64,000 bases of DNA from an uncultured Iamiaceae bacterium (GTDB lineage: Bacteria > Actinomycetota > Acidimicrobiia > Acidimicrobiales > Acidimicrobilacustridaceae). Shown here in pieces: positions 32,610 through 44,765 of the stretch. The stretch covers positions 81,242 through 145,241 of the forward strand of contig CAVQSE010000004.1 in assembly GCA_963715425.1 (NCBI GenBank), given 5' to 3'. Made by a program: the position numbers and the translations under genes. Below the pieces are notes generated by a model that was not told the DNA's origin, made no database searches, and worked only from the letters and a program-made list of their open reading frames with translations. The first letter of the stretch is position 1. Each line of letters starts with the position of its first letter.

Positions 32610-33700
32610 CAGTCGTCACCCTCGATCCCGAGCAACGTTCGCGGCTCCTCGCCGTCAAGCTGACCGCCCTCGTCGACGAGCTGCCTGCTCGTCGAGGCGG
32701 GCCTCCCGGTCGTGCCACGGGACGAGCGCGTCCAGGACGCCTTCCCCGGCGGATGTGCGCTGCGTGGTCGTGGGGTCGGTTGGGTCCTCGTGGCGGACGC
32801 GCCCGAGGTCGCCCTCGGTCGTGCCCTCATCTGGGCGGGCCGCCACGGCGTGGACGAGCTGCACGTCCTCGTCGACGACCCGACCGCCGCAGGGGTGCTG
32901 GCCCGGCGGGCCACGGCGTTCGTTCCGTCACCGAACGTGTGGGTGGTGGAGGGTCGGACGGCTCGCCCCGCCCGCCCGGCGCCGCTCCCCGCTCCGCTGG
33001 AACCGCCCGCCGTGGCTCGGGGCCTGATGGGCTCTGCTGGCCGAGGCGGGGACCGAGGTGGTGACGGAGCACGGCGAGATCCGCGGCGAGGTCCTCGGGC
33101 TCGAGGTCGCTCGGGTGGTGGTCGACGACAGCCCCGACCGGGTGGCGCCCCATGCTCGCATCGAGGTCGGCGTCGGACGCCACGACCGCGATGCCTTCGC
33201 CATGCTCCACGGCGACCTCCCGGCCGACGCAGGCCCTCGCCGGCGTCGTCGACAAGGTGCGACGGCATCGACAACACGATGCCGAGGCCCATCCGCTCGG
33301 ACGGCTCGCCGCGGAGCGGTGGTTGCGGGTGCGGGTGCTCGAGCACCCCTCGACGGTCGGCGCGGCGCGGCTGGCCCCGGCCGACCCGACGTTGGTCCGC
33401 GACGGCGTCAAGGACGTGGCGCCGGCCATCGCCCTCGGCCACGACGGTGACGGCACCCCGGTGGTCGTCGCCTGCTCGGTGGGCATCGACCCCGACCTGG
33501 TGCCGGCCGCGGCCGACGCACGACTGGCGCACGCACCAGACGGGCGGCTCGTCCTGGTCCTCCCCGAACGCGACGACCACCGCGTGACCCGCGACCTGGT
33601 GGACGCCCTGGCCGTCGCCGCCGACGTGGTGGTCGTTCCCTCGGACTGGCGTCGAACCGGACTCGGGCCCGCGGGCTCCAGCACGGCGACTGGACCATGA
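32610..33700 (+). CDS. Hypothetical protein, multiply frameshifted; start approximate
   Basis: Coding-like segments in successive frames (LGRALIWA..G..ELH, EHGEIRGEVLGLEVARV, HPLGRLAAERWLR, CSVGIDPDLVP); stop overlaps prfA start. Confidence 0.65.
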
Positions 33701-34770
33701 CCATGCTCGAGCGCCTCGACGTCCTCCAGCGGGAGTTCGACGACATCGAGGCCTCGCTGGCCGACCCGGCCCTCCTGTCCGATCAACGTCGCTACCGCGA
33801 GGTCAACCGGCGCTACGCAGAGCTCGGCGCACTGGTCGGCCGCCTGCGCGAGCTGCGCCAGGCCACGGACGACCTCGCCGTCGCCCGGGAGATGCTCGTC
33901 GAGGCCGATGCCGACGACCGTGAGGTCATCCGAGCCGAGATCGACGACGCCGAGGCGGCCATCGCTCGCCTCGACGAGGAGATCAGGGTGCTGTTGCTCC
34001 CGAAGGACCCGAACGACGAGCGCAACGTCATCGTCGAGGTCCGCGGGGCCGAGGGTGGTGAGGAGGCGAACCTCTTCGCCCGTGACCTCTTCGAGATGTA
34101 CCGCAGCTTCGCATCGCGGCGCGGCTGGACCTTCGAGGTCATGGACGCCCAGGAGTCCGACCTCGGCGGCTTCAGCGACGTCACCTTCCGGCTCGCCGGC
34201 GACGGTGTGTGGAGCCGGATGAAGCACGAGGGCGGCCCGCACCGGGTGCAGCGTGTTCCCGTGACCGAGAGCCAAGGTCGTGTCCACACGTCGTCGGCGA
34301 CCGTGACCGTGCTCCCGGAGGCCGACGAGGTCGACGTGGAGGTCGATCCGAACGACCTGCGCATCGACGTGTACCGGTCGTCGGGACCTGGCGGCCAGTC
34401 GGTGAACACCACCGACTCGGCGGTGCGCATCACGCACGTGCCGACCGGCGTCGTCGTCGCGATGCAGGACGAGAAGAGCCAGATCCAGAACCGGGAGAAG
34501 GCCATGCGGGTGCTGCGCAGCCGGCTCCTCCAGGCCGAACAGGACCGTCACGCGGCCGAGGCCTCCGGGGCGAGGCGGGCCCAGGTGGGCGGCGGCGGCC
34601 GCTCGGAGAAGGTCCGGACCTACAACTTCAAGGAGAACCGGCTCACCGACCACCGCATCGGCCTCACCCTCTACAAGCTCGACAAGGTGCTCGCCGGGGA
34701 GCTCGACGAGGTCGTCGACGCCCTCGTGGCCGACGAGCGGGCCCGCCAGCTCGCCGAGCACGACCTCTGA
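33697..34770 (+). CDS. prfA: Peptide chain release factor 1
   Basis: HRVQRVPVTE (PxT), GPGGQSVN, RTYNF. Confidence 0.96.
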   Translation: MTMLERLDVLQREFDDIEASLADPALLSDQRRYREVNRRYAELGALVGRLRELRQATDDLAVAREMLVEADADDREVIRAEIDDAEAAIARLDEEIRVLLLPKDPNDERNVIVEVRGAEGGEEANLFARDLFEMYRSFASRRGWTFEVMDAQESDLGGFSDVTFRLAGDGVWSRMKHEGGPHRVQRVPVTESQGRVHTSSATVTVLPEADEVDVEVDPNDLRIDVYRSSGPGGQSVNTTDSAVRITHVPTGVVVAMQDEKSQIQNREKAMRVLRSRLLQAEQDRHAAEASGARRAQVGGGGRSEKVRTYNFKENRLTDHRIGLTLYKLDKVLAGELDEVVDALVADERARQLAEHDL

Positions 34771-34774
34771 GCCG

Positions 34775-35695
34775 GTGACGTCGGTGACCGGCGACGGCGG
34801 ATCGGGTGGCGACGGCGTCGTGTCGTGGCGGATGCTGCGCGACGAGGCGCAGCGCCGACTCGCCGCGCTCGACCTCGGCGACGGCCACGACCCCGTCGCC
34901 GACGCCCGTCGCCTCGTGGAGCGGGCCTCGGGGGAGTCGGGCGCCGATCTCGTCCTGGCCCTCGACCGGCCGGTCACGCGTCGCGAGGTCGCCTTCTTCG
35001 ACGAGATGCTCGAACGTCGAACGACCGGTGAGCCGCTCCAGTACGTGCTCGGCGTGTGGGGCTTCCGCACCCTCGAGCTGATGGTCGATCACCGGGTCCT
35101 CATCCCCCGGCCCGAGACGGAGATCGTGGTCGGTCACGCCCTGGCCGAGCTCGATCGTCGTCTGGCGGTGCCCGGCCACGGCCCAGGTCGGGCGGTCGAC
35201 CTCGGGACGGGTTCGGGGGCCATCGGGCTGTCGCTGGCGGCGGAACGACCGGGCGTCGAGGTCTGGATGACCGATGTCTCCTCCGAAGCCCTCGACGTCG
35301 CGCGGGCCAACCTCGCCGGTCTGGGTCGAGCGGCCACCCGCGTCCGGCTGTGCGCCGGCTCGTGGTTCGCCGCCCTCCCGGACTCGCTGGTCGGTTCGGT
35401 CGACGTCATCGTCTCGAACCCGCCCTACGTGGCCGTCGACGACCCTCTGCCCCGGGTCGTCGCCGAGTGGGAGCCGGCATCGGCGCTGTTCGCGGGAGCC
35501 GACGGCCTCGACGACGTGCGGGTGATCGTCGCCGAGGCGCCCCGGTGGCTGGCGCCCGGGGGGGCGTTGGTGCTGGAGCTGGCGCCGACCCAGGTCGGAG
35601 AGGTCTCGGCGCTGGTGGCCGCCGCGGGGTTCGCGTCGGTGCGCGTCGAGCGGGATCTCGCCGGTCGGCCCCGGGCGGTCGTGGCCCGCCGCTGA
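34775..35695 (+). CDS. prmC: Release factor glutamine methyltransferase
   Basis: GEPLQY, LIPRPETE, DLGTGSG, SNPPY. Confidence 0.94.
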   Translation: MTSVTGDGGSGGDGVVSWRMLRDEAQRRLAALDLGDGHDPVADARRLVERASGESGADLVLALDRPVTRREVAFFDEMLERRTTGEPLQYVLGVWGFRTLELMVDHRVLIPRPETEIVVGHALAELDRRLAVPGHGPGRAVDLGTGSGAIGLSLAAERPGVEVWMTDVSSEALDVARANLAGLGRAATRVRLCAGSWFAALPDSLVGSVDVIVSNPPYVAVDDPLPRVVAEWEPASALFAGADGLDDVRVIVAEAPRWLAPGGALVLELAPTQVGEVSALVAAAGFASVRVERDLAGRPRAVVARR

Positions 35696-35706
35696 GTGCG
35701 TCCGCG

Positions 35707-35731
35707 CTCGGAGCGGCGCAGCCGCTCCGAG
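35707..35731. terminator. Hairpin between convergent genes
   Basis: CTCGGAGCGGC-GCA-GCCGCTCCGAG. Confidence 0.6.
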
Positions 35732-35736
35732 GTTGG

Positions 35737-36504
35737 TCACTGCAGGTCGAAGCCGTTCACGAGGCGGCTGAACTGCGGGTGGTCGGGATAGATCGAACGG
35801 CTCTGGATGACGAACAGCTGATCGCGGCGACGGATCAACAGCGCGTCGACGGTGGCGTCCTCGTCACCTTGCTCGAGTCGATCGATGGTCACCCGTCGCG
35901 CGGGCAGGCCGGCGTAGGTCGCCTCGGAGCTCTCGGTCACCGTGCCGCCCAGCTGGGTGGCCCACTGCTCCGCAGTGCTGGTCAGCGAGGCCTCGACGTT
36001 CTCCCCCTCGGGGAACGGCACGGTCATCCAGATCACCGAGAGCTCGGTGTCGGGCACGGTCGACGTCCCTCCGAGGTCGGCGACCCACACGTCTGCGGTG
36101 CCCCCGTTCGCTCCCGGGAACGCGACGGTCTCCATCGTCCGGTTGACCGGCATCTCGGTGCTGAAGCGGGCGTCCTCGTCGGTCTGGGTCGTCCAGCCGT
36201 CATCGGCCTCCCGGCTGATGAGCGGGATCTTGTTGACGACGTCGGTGAGCCAGCGGGGTCCCTCGACGGCACCGAGGAGGAGTGCGGCCAGCAACAGCGC
36301 GGCGATGCAGGCCAGTGCGATGAGCACGATGCGTCCGAGGCCGGCCTGGCGTACCTCGGCCGAGCCGGGCTTCGGAGCCGTCATCGGCTGCTCGGCGTCG
36401 GGCCGCACGTCGGTGCCACAGATGCGACAGCGGCTCGCGGTCGCATCGTTCTTGGCCCCGCAACTCGGGCACCTCACCTTGGTTCTGGATCCCATACCAC
36501 TCAT
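35737..36504 (-). CDS. Zinc-ribbon membrane-anchored hypothetical protein
   Basis: CPSC..CRIC, one TM helix, acidic extracytoplasmic domain. Confidence 0.7.
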   Translation of the reverse strand: MSGMGSRTKVRCPSCGAKNDATASRCRICGTDVRPDAEQPMTAPKPGSAEVRQAGLGRIVLIALACIAALLLAALLLGAVEGPRWLTDVVNKIPLISREADDGWTTQTDEDARFSTEMPVNRTMETVAFPGANGGTADVWVADLGGTSTVPDTELSVIWMTVPFPEGENVEASLTSTAEQWATQLGGTVTESSEATYAGLPARRVTIDRLEQGDEDATVDALLIRRRDQLFVIQSRSIYPDHPQFSRLVNGFDLQ

Positions 36505-36558
36505 CGTCGTCAGCTAGGGGTGCGAACGTGAGCGACCAGGCCGGATTCCCTCTCGGCC

Positions 36559-37476
36559 TCAGTAGTGCCAGGGGTACTCCGACCAGTCCGCGTCGCGCTT
36601 CTCGAGGAAGCTGTCACGCCCCTCTGCGGCCTCCTCGGTCATGTAGGCGAGCCGGGTGGCCTCGCCGGCGAAGACCTGTTGGCCGACCAGCCCGTCGTCG
36701 ACGAGGTTGAACGCGAACTTGAGCATCCGTTGCGCAGTGGGGCTCTTGGCGTTCACGAGCCGACCCCATTCGAGGGCGACCGACTCGAGGTCGACGTGGG
36801 GGACGACGGCGTTGACCATCCCCATCCGGTGGGCGTCGGCGGCGCTGTACTCGGCACCCAGGAAGAAGATCTCCCGGGCGAACTTCTGGCCGACCTGGCG
36901 GGCGAGGTAGGCCGACCCGAACCCTCCGTCGAAGCTGGCGACGTCGGCGTCGGTCTGCTTGAACCGGGCGTGCTCGGCGCTGGCCAGCGTCAGATCGCAC
37001 ACCACGTGGAGGGAGTGCCCTCCACCGGCCGCCCACCCGGGGACGACGCAGATCACGACCTTCGGCATCATCCGGATGAGGCGTTGGACCTCCAGGATGT
37101 GCAGCCGCCCGGAGCGGCCGGGGTCGATGCTCTCGGCGGTGTCGCCGTCGGCGTAGCGGTACCCGTCGCGGCCGCGGATGCGCTGGTCGCCGCCGGAGCA
37201 GAACGCCCAGCCCCCGTCCCGCGGCGACGGGCCGTTCCCGGTGAGCAGCACGCATCCGACGTCGCTCGACTGACGGGCGTGGTCGAGGACCCGGAACAGC
37301 TCGTCGACCGTGTGCGGTCGGAACGCGTTGCGCACCTCCGGGCGGTCGAAGGCCACCCGCACGGTGCCGTGGGCGACCGCCCGGTGGTAGGTGATGTCGC
37401 TGAGGCCCTCGAAGCCGGCGACGGGTCGCCAGGCATCGGGGTCGAACAGCTCGGAGACCACTGGGTCGGGGACCAT
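36559..37476 (-). CDS. menB: 1,4-dihydroxy-2-naphthoyl-CoA synthase
   Basis: RPEVRNAFRP, FCSGGDQRIRG, LHILEVQRLIR, AAGGGHSLH, SFDGGFGS. Confidence 0.95.
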   Translation of the reverse strand: MVPDPVVSELFDPDAWRPVAGFEGLSDITYHRAVAHGTVRVAFDRPEVRNAFRPHTVDELFRVLDHARQSSDVGCVLLTGNGPSPRDGGWAFCSGGDQRIRGRDGYRYADGDTAESIDPGRSGRLHILEVQRLIRMMPKVVICVVPGWAAGGGHSLHVVCDLTLASAEHARFKQTDADVASFDGGFGSAYLARQVGQKFAREIFFLGAEYSAADAHRMGMVNAVVPHVDLESVALEWGRLVNAKSPTAQRMLKFAFNLVDDGLVGQQVFAGEATRLAYMTEEAAEGRDSFLEKRDADWSEYPWHY

Positions 37477-37563
37477 GGCAGGCGAGGCTAGGGCGTCGTC
37501 GCCACTACGATGGGTCCGAGCGGTGACGACAGCGTCGTCGTCCGTCGACAGATCGGGGATCGG

Positions 37564-37992
37564 GTGTTCCACAAGCGCACCAAGGCCGTGGACGGTGCAG
37601 CCAAGCTCCGAGGTACGGCGTTCTTCGCGGGCTTCAGCGACCACGACCTCGACCGCGTCGCCGAGCTGGCCGACGACGTCCAGGCCGAGGCCGGCGCCAT
37701 GCTGATGGAGCAGGGCCGCGTCGGGCAGGAGTGCTACGTCATCCTCGACGGGCACGCCAGCGTGTACGTGGCCGATGAGTACGTGACCACGCTGGGCCCC
37801 GGTTCGATGGTGGGCGAGATGGCGCTGGTCGACCACCTCCCGCGGGTGGCCAGCGTCATCGCCGACACACCGATGGTGCTGGTGGCGTTCGACACCCGAC
37901 GCTTCCGGATCCTGCTCGAGGAGATGCCGAAGGCCGAGGAGCGGGTGCTGCGGCTCCTCGCCGATCGGCGCACGGCGAACCGGGCCCGCTGA
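37564..37992 (+). CDS. Stand-alone cyclic-nucleotide-binding domain protein
   Basis: QGRVG..CYVILDG, GEMAL....PRVASV phosphate-binding cassette; no HTH domain. Confidence 0.8.
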   Translation: MFHKRTKAVDGAAKLRGTAFFAGFSDHDLDRVAELADDVQAEAGAMLMEQGRVGQECYVILDGHASVYVADEYVTTLGPGSMVGEMALVDHLPRVASVIADTPMVLVAFDTRRFRILLEEMPKAEERVLRLLADRRTANRAR

Positions 37993-37995
37993 GCC

Positions 37996-39546
37996 TCACC
38001 CGATCGAGGCCAGCACGACCTCGCCGTCGCGGGTGCGCACGGCCGACTCGCCGACCAGCTCCGTCGTCGATGCCGCGTCCATGAGGTCGGGGTCGGTGCT
38101 GGCGCACCACGCCCGCTGACCGGTCGGCGTCAGCGTCGCCGCCACCGCCCGCTCGGGCCCTCGGCGATCGTGCACGACGGTGATGCTCTCGATCGTGACC
38201 GGCCCGGTCCAGTCGTCGTCGCTCGACACCGAGGGGAGGGCATCGACCTCGGCCTGGGGGGTCGAGGAGCGGAAGCCGCCTGCGGGGGGCGGGTCGGTGC
38301 TCAAGAGCACCAGCGCGTGCTCGGTGGTCCAGCCGCCGTTGGCGGTGCACAGGCCCGTGGCCCCGGGCTCGGCGCGCAGCACGTCGGCCATCGTGGCCAG
38401 GCCGTGGGTGGGGTAGTTGTTCCACGGACCGCCGGCGAAGCTCATCCCACCGGTGACCGTGAGCGGCAACCGGGCGCCGATCCCGCCCCACCCGGCTCCG
38501 GTGGCCGGCTCCCGCGGGGCGAGGCCCAGCTCCTGGGCCGCGATCTGCACCGCCGACGGGAAGCAGGAGTAGAGGTCGACGTGGTCGACGGTCTCGGCGT
38601 CGGTGTGGGCGAGGGCGAAAAGGTCACGGCCGGCGAGGCGGATGGCAGGGGAGGAGCACAGATCGGCGCGTTCGGACAGCCACCAGTGGTCGACGGCCTC
38701 GGCCCCCGCGTGCAGGAAGACCCAGCGATCGCGCGGCACGCCGTGGCGCTCGGCGGCCTCGACCGAGGTGAGGACGAGGCCCGCACCCTGGTCCACGTGG
38801 TTGTTCGAGCACAGGCGCTTCGTGTAGGGGAACGAGATCATGCGGTTCGAGGCGCCGGGCTCGCGGATCTCCTCGGGCGCCATCGCCGTCGGCGACCAGG
38901 CGTGGGGGTTGTGGGCGGCCACGGCGGAGAACGCGCTCCACAGCTCGCCGATGCGTCGACGGTGGGCGTCGACCGACATCCCGAGGCGGGCTCGAAGGGC
39001 GACGTCGAAGAGGGCGTAGATGGTCGTCGCGGCCGTCACGCCCCGCTCCCGTTCGACGTCCGAGCTCAGCGAGGTCGACGGCCCGTACAGCTCGGGTGGC
39101 TGCTCCGCGGCGGGATCGGCGGATCGGGACGGCCACGGCAGGTCGATGCCTGCGGCGCGGGCCCGGCTGCGGGTGCGCCAGGCCTCCGCCCCGCAGACGA
39201 CCACGACGTCGGCGTGGCCGGCCTGGATGGCCCGTGCCGCATCGATGACCATGGACCCGGCGAGGTTCCCGCCCATGCGGGACTCGAGGAACTGGCGGGG
39301 TGCGGCGCCGAGCTCCTCGGCGACGAGTCGCCCCACGTTGGGGTACCGCCAGGAGAGCTGACCGACGGTGCGGATCGAGTCGGTCGACGCCAGCAGCCCG
39401 TGGCCGCCGCTGTCGGACTCCGCCAATCGGAGGGCATCGACCATCAACTCGTGCGGTGCGGGCGCCCCGGCGGGATCGTCGCCGTGGTGGGCGACCTGGC
39501 CCGCGCCGACCAGCACGGGCATCCGGGGGTCCAGGGGTTTCGTCAC
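37996..39546 (-). CDS. Thiolase-like acetyl-CoA acetyltransferase
   Basis: PVLVGAGQ, FPYTK, VDQGA, DLYSCFPSAV, TVTGGMSFAGGPWNNY. Confidence 0.85.
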   Translation of the reverse strand: MTKPLDPRMPVLVGAGQVAHHGDDPAGAPAPHELMVDALRLAESDSGGHGLLASTDSIRTVGQLSWRYPNVGRLVAEELGAAPRQFLESRMGGNLAGSMVIDAARAIQAGHADVVVVCGAEAWRTRSRARAAGIDLPWPSRSADPAAEQPPELYGPSTSLSSDVERERGVTAATTIYALFDVALRARLGMSVDAHRRRIGELWSAFSAVAAHNPHAWSPTAMAPEEIREPGASNRMISFPYTKRLCSNNHVDQGAGLVLTSVEAAERHGVPRDRWVFLHAGAEAVDHWWLSERADLCSSPAIRLAGRDLFALAHTDAETVDHVDLYSCFPSAVQIAAQELGLAPREPATGAGWGGIGARLPLTVTGGMSFAGGPWNNYPTHGLATMADVLRAEPGATGLCTANGGWTTEHALVLLSTDPPPAGGFRSSTPQAEVDALPSVSSDDDWTGPVTIESITVVHDRRGPERAVAATLTPTGQRAWCASTDPDLMDAASTTELVGESAVRTRDGEVVLASIG

Positions 39547-39618
39547 GGTGTCGTCCTCTGCGGTGGGGGACTCGGCGAGCGCCGGGGCACGGTCGCTGCG
39601 GACGGTAACGGGCGCCGG

Positions 39619-40233
39619 GTGCGGGCCTACAATCACCTCATCGACGTGCTCTGTGTCTGCACCGGCAACGTGTGCCGCTCCCCGATGCTCGAGGTGATGC
39701 TCGACGACGCGCTCCGCGGTCGCGGGGTCGACGCGCACGTGCACTCGGCGGGCGTGTGGGAGGAAGGTCACCCCGCGTCGCCCCATTCGGTGCACGAGGC
39801 CGCGGACCGGGGTCTCGCGCTGGGCTCGCACCGCTCCCGCCTGATCGACACCGATCTCGTGCTCGGCGCCGATCTCGTGATCGCGTTGGCCCGGCGTCAC
39901 GTCCGTGACGTCGCGGGAATGGTTCCCGGGGTGTTCGGGCGGACGTTCACCCTCAAGGAGCTCGTGCGGCGCGGAGGCGAGGTCGGACCCGTCCGTCCGG
40001 GAGAGTCGCTCGCCGACTGGCTGGGCGACGTCGGACGCGACAGGGTGGCGGCCACCTATCTCCGCCCCGATCCCGACGACGACGTCGCCGACCCCATCGG
40101 CGGCACCAGAGCCCAGTACGCCCGCACCGCCCGTGAGCTCGAAGGCCTCGCAGGAGCCCTCGCCGATCTCCTCGCACCCCAGTCGATCGAGCCGATCTCC
40201 CTCGACTTCGATCCCGTCCCCGAACGTTCGTGA
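39619..40233 (+). CDS. Low-molecular-weight protein Tyr/Arg phosphatase
   Basis: CTGNVCRS (CX5R), FTLKE, DVADPIG. Confidence 0.85.
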   Translation: MRAYNHLIDVLCVCTGNVCRSPMLEVMLDDALRGRGVDAHVHSAGVWEEGHPASPHSVHEAADRGLALGSHRSRLIDTDLVLGADLVIALARRHVRDVAGMVPGVFGRTFTLKELVRRGGEVGPVRPGESLADWLGDVGRDRVAATYLRPDPDDDVADPIGGTRAQYARTARELEGLAGALADLLAPQSIEPISLDFDPVPERS

Positions 40234-40273
40234 CCGACCGCCCTCCGGGCCCCGACGCCAGAGGAGCACCACC

Positions 40274-41512
40274 ATGTGGCCCGATGACGACGACCACGAG
40301 CTGTTCAGCCTGATCGACGCCGAGGTCGATCGGCAGAACACCACGCTGCAGCTCATCGCCTCGGAGAACTTCACGTCGCCGGCGGTGATGCGCGCCACCG
40401 GTTCGGTGCTCACCAACAAGTACAGCGAGGGCTACCCCGGGAAGCGGTACTACGGCGGGAACGCCGTCGTCGACGACATCGAGGACCTCGCCCGCGATCG
40501 GGTCAAGGCCCTCTTCGGGGCCGACCACGCCAACGTGCAACCCCACTCCGGGGCCAACGCCAACCTCGGGGTCTACCTGGCGCTGTTGGACGCCGGTGAC
40601 ACGGTGATGGGCCTCAGCCTCGACCACGGAGGCCATCTCACCCATGGCTCTCCGGTCAACATCTCGGGACGCTTCTACAACTTCGTCTCCTACGGGGTCT
40701 CGGCCTCCGACGAGCGCATCGAGGTGGACGCACTGCGCGAGATGGCTCGCGAGACCCGCCCCAAGATGATCATCGCCGGGGCAACGGCCTACCCCCGGAT
40801 CATCGACCCGGCGCCGCTGCGCGACATCGCCGACGAGGTGGGGGCGCTGTTGATGTTCGACGCCGCCCACATCGCCGGGCTGATCGCCGGTGGGGCCCAC
40901 CCGAATCCGGTGCCGTACTGCGACGTCGTCACGTTCACCACGCACAAGACGTTGCGCGGCCCGCGTGGCGGTTGCATCCTCAGCCGGTCCGAGCACGCCG
41001 CAGCGATCGACAAGGCCATCTTCCCGGGCCTTCAGGGCGGTCCGCTCGAGCACGCCATCGCTGCGAAGGCCGTGGCTTTCCGTGAGGCCTCCCAGCCCGA
41101 GTTCAGCGGCTACGCCCACCAGATCGTCCGCAACGCCCAGGCCCTGGCCGCGGCACTGGGCGGTGAGGGGTTCCGCCTGGTCTCGGGAGGCACCGACAAC
41201 CACCTCCTGCTCGTCGACCTCCGCTCGTTCGACGCGGAGCTCACGGGCAAGGAGGCGCAGATCGTGCTCGACCGAGCCGGTATCACGCTGAACAAGAACA
41301 CCGTGCCGGACGACCCCCGTTCGCCGTTCGTGGCCAGCGGCGTGCGCATCGGCACCCCGGCGGTCACCACGCAGGGCATGACCGAACCGGAGATGGCCCA
41401 GATCGGTGCGCTGATCGCCCGAGCCCTGCGGCTGCGGGCCGACGACGCCGAGCTGGCCTCGGTCCGCGACGACGTCGCCACCCTCTGCTCCAAGTTCACG
41501 CCGTACGGCTGA
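40274..41512 (+). CDS. glyA: Serine hydroxymethyltransferase
   Basis: [40 protein letters not shown]. Confidence 0.96.
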   Translation: MWPDDDDHELFSLIDAEVDRQNTTLQLIASENFTSPAVMRATGSVLTNKYSEGYPGKRYYGGNAVVDDIEDLARDRVKALFGADHANVQPHSGANANLGVYLALLDAGDTVMGLSLDHGGHLTHGSPVNISGRFYNFVSYGVSASDERIEVDALREMARETRPKMIIAGATAYPRIIDPAPLRDIADEVGALLMFDAAHIAGLIAGGAHPNPVPYCDVVTFTTHKTLRGPRGGCILSRSEHAAAIDKAIFPGLQGGPLEHAIAAKAVAFREASQPEFSGYAHQIVRNAQALAAALGGEGFRLVSGGTDNHLLLVDLRSFDAELTGKEAQIVLDRAGITLNKNTVPDDPRSPFVASGVRIGTPAVTTQGMTEPEMAQIGALIARALRLRADDAELASVRDDVATLCSKFTPYG

Positions 41513-41532
41513 GCCGGGCGGTTCACTGACCC

Positions 41533-42782
41533 GTGCCCGAGCTCGGCGCCTATCTGGTGGTGTTGGCCGTCGTGGCCGTCACCACCTTCGCCGCCCTGTT
41601 CGTCGTTCGTCGTGTGGCCGTGCGCATCGGGGCCGTCGTCAAGCCTGACGATCGGCGGGTGCACGTCCGTCCGACCCCCACCCTGGGCGGGGTGGCGATG
41701 CTGCTGGGGTTCCTGGCGGGTATGGCGGCGGCCTGGCTCATGGGCGACTTCGACGCTGTGTTCAGCGGCAGCACCGAGCCGATCGGGCTGGTCATCGCGG
41801 CCGTGATCATGTTGGTGGTCGGCGTCGTCGACGATCTGAAGGAGGTCTCGGCACCGGCCAAGTTGGCGGGGATGGTGCTCCCGGCCAGCGTGCTCGTCCT
41901 GTCGGGGATCGCCATCCTGGTCCTACGCATCCCCTTCTTCGGCGTGTTCGTGCTGTCGACCGACTGGTCGTACCTGTTCTCGGTGCTGTGGGTGGTCGGT
42001 ATGGCCAACGCCATCAACTTCATCGACGGTCTCGACGGCCTGGCCGGCGGGATCGTGGCCATCGCCGCGGGCAGCTTCTTCCTCTACTCGATCCAGCTGG
42101 GGGAGCGGGGGCTGCTGGGGCCGGGCAACCTCGGCCCGCTGGTGTCGATCATCGTGCTCGGCGCGTGCATCGGCTTCCTGCCCCACAACGTGCACCCGGC
42201 ACGGATCTTCATGGGCGACGGCGGCGCGTTGTTGCTCGGCATGCTCCTGGCGGCGTCGACGATGGTGGTCGGCGGGCGGGTCGACCAGCAGTTCAGCGGG
42301 CAGTCGTTCTTCTTCTTCGCCCCGTTGTTCATCCCGCTGGTCATCCTCGGGGTCCCGATGCTCGACACCCTCTTCGCCATCGTTCGCCGGGCCACCACCC
42401 GCTCGGGGATCTCCACGGCCGACAAGGGCCACCTCCACCACCGGTTGATGCGCCTCGGACACGGGCACCGCCGCAGCGTGTTCATCCTGTGGGCCTGGAC
42501 GGCGTTGCTGTCGGGGTTCGTGCTCTATCCCACCTACACCGGCTCGGGTGACGCCATCGTGCCGATCGGCATCGCCGCCATCCTCTTGTCGTTGTTCACC
42601 GTGCTGCGTCCGGGGTCCCGGCCCTGGCGGCGCGGTGGGGAGCCCGCGCTGAGATCGACGAAGAGATCGACGAACAGATCGACGATCTCCCGGCCGACCT
42701 CCCTGCGGTGGTGGGCCCGGTGGCCCACCGTCCGGTCGTCGTGGCGAAGGCGGAGGACCCCGACGAGCCCGTGGCCGGTTGA
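41533..42782 (+). CDS. wecA: MraY/WecA-family polyprenyl-phosphate GlcNAc-1-P transferase (indel near 42630)
   Basis: PTPTLGG, GVVDD, NAINFIDGLDG, IFMGDGG, DKGHLHHRL; acidic EIDEEIDEQIDD tail continues in shifted frame to TGA 42782. Confidence 0.88.
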
Positions 42783-42823
42783 CGACGTCGTCGGAGTTGC
42801 GGGCCCTGGGTCACCCCACTAGT

Positions 42824-42841
42824 TTGCGAATCGCTTCACAA
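42824..42841. promoter_or_regulatory. Rex-like operator upstream of atp operon
   Basis: TTGCGAA-TCGC-TTCACAA, 1 mismatch to TTGTGAA-N4-TTCACAA. Confidence 0.65.
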
Positions 42842-42927
42842 GCGTTGGGTTCGCCCGGCGCGCACACACACCCGCTCCCGTCGATCCGCTCTCGAAGCCG
42901 GGTCGCGACGAACGACAGGTCACGTTG

Positions 42928-43173
42928 GTGGACGTTTCGCAACGGCGCGAAGTCTCACAACAGATGTATCGACAGGCCGGTGGCTGGGAGCTCGCTCTCG
43001 CTCCGGTTCTCTTCGCCCTCATCGGGTACGGACTCGATCGTCTCTTCGGCACGGTACCGGTCATCACGATCGTCTTCGCCGTGTTGGGCCTCGTCGGCGC
43101 TGTCGTGCGCCTGTACTACGGCTACGACGCCGAGATGAAGGAACACGAGAAGAGCGGGCCGTGGGCACGATGA
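42928..43173 (+). CDS. AtpZ/AtpI-family small membrane protein
   Basis: IGYGLDRLFGT.P motif, two TM helices, first gene of atp operon. Confidence 0.8.
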   Translation: MDVSQRREVSQQMYRQAGGWELALAPVLFALIGYGLDRLFGTVPVITIVFAVLGLVGAVVRLYYGYDAEMKEHEKSGPWAR

Positions 43174-43633
43174 TGCTCGAGCCGGCCAGCGCCATCGAGG
43201 GCCCGTCGCCCGAGGGCATCATCGCCCGCGACATCGCCAAGCGTGCCGCCATGATCGCCCCCGCCCTGATCCTCGTGTTCGGGTTGATCTGGGGTCTCGA
43301 CGGTGCGTTCTCCACCGCCTACGGCCTGGCCATCGTGGTGGCCAACTTCCTCCTCGCCGCCGCCCTTCTGGCGGGCGCGGCGCGCATCTCCCCGGCGCTG
43401 ATGATGTTCGCTGCGCTCTTCGGCTACCTGGTCCGCCTGAGCCTCATCTTCCTCGCCATCTGGCTGGTCCGCGACGCCTCGTGGATCGAGCTCGTCCCCT
43501 TCGGCATCACCGTCATCGTCAGCCACCTCGGGCTGTTGCTGTGGGAGATGCGCTACATCTCGGCGTCGCTCGCCTACCCGGCGCTCAAGCCCACCGCCAC
43601 GTCTCGCCCCGCCTCCAAGGAGTCGTCGTCCCA

Positions 43634-43637
<4 letters not shown>
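43170..43637 (+). CDS. atpI: ATP synthase subunit I-like membrane protein
   Basis: Four TM helices directly upstream of atpB. Confidence 0.75.

Positions 43638-44765
<1,128 letters not shown>

Noticed and set aside
42651-42687. 12-bp tandem repeat GAGATCGACGAA
   Set aside because: Encodes the acidic EIDE tail of WecA in the corrected frame; a coding low-complexity repeat, not a CRISPR or regulatory array
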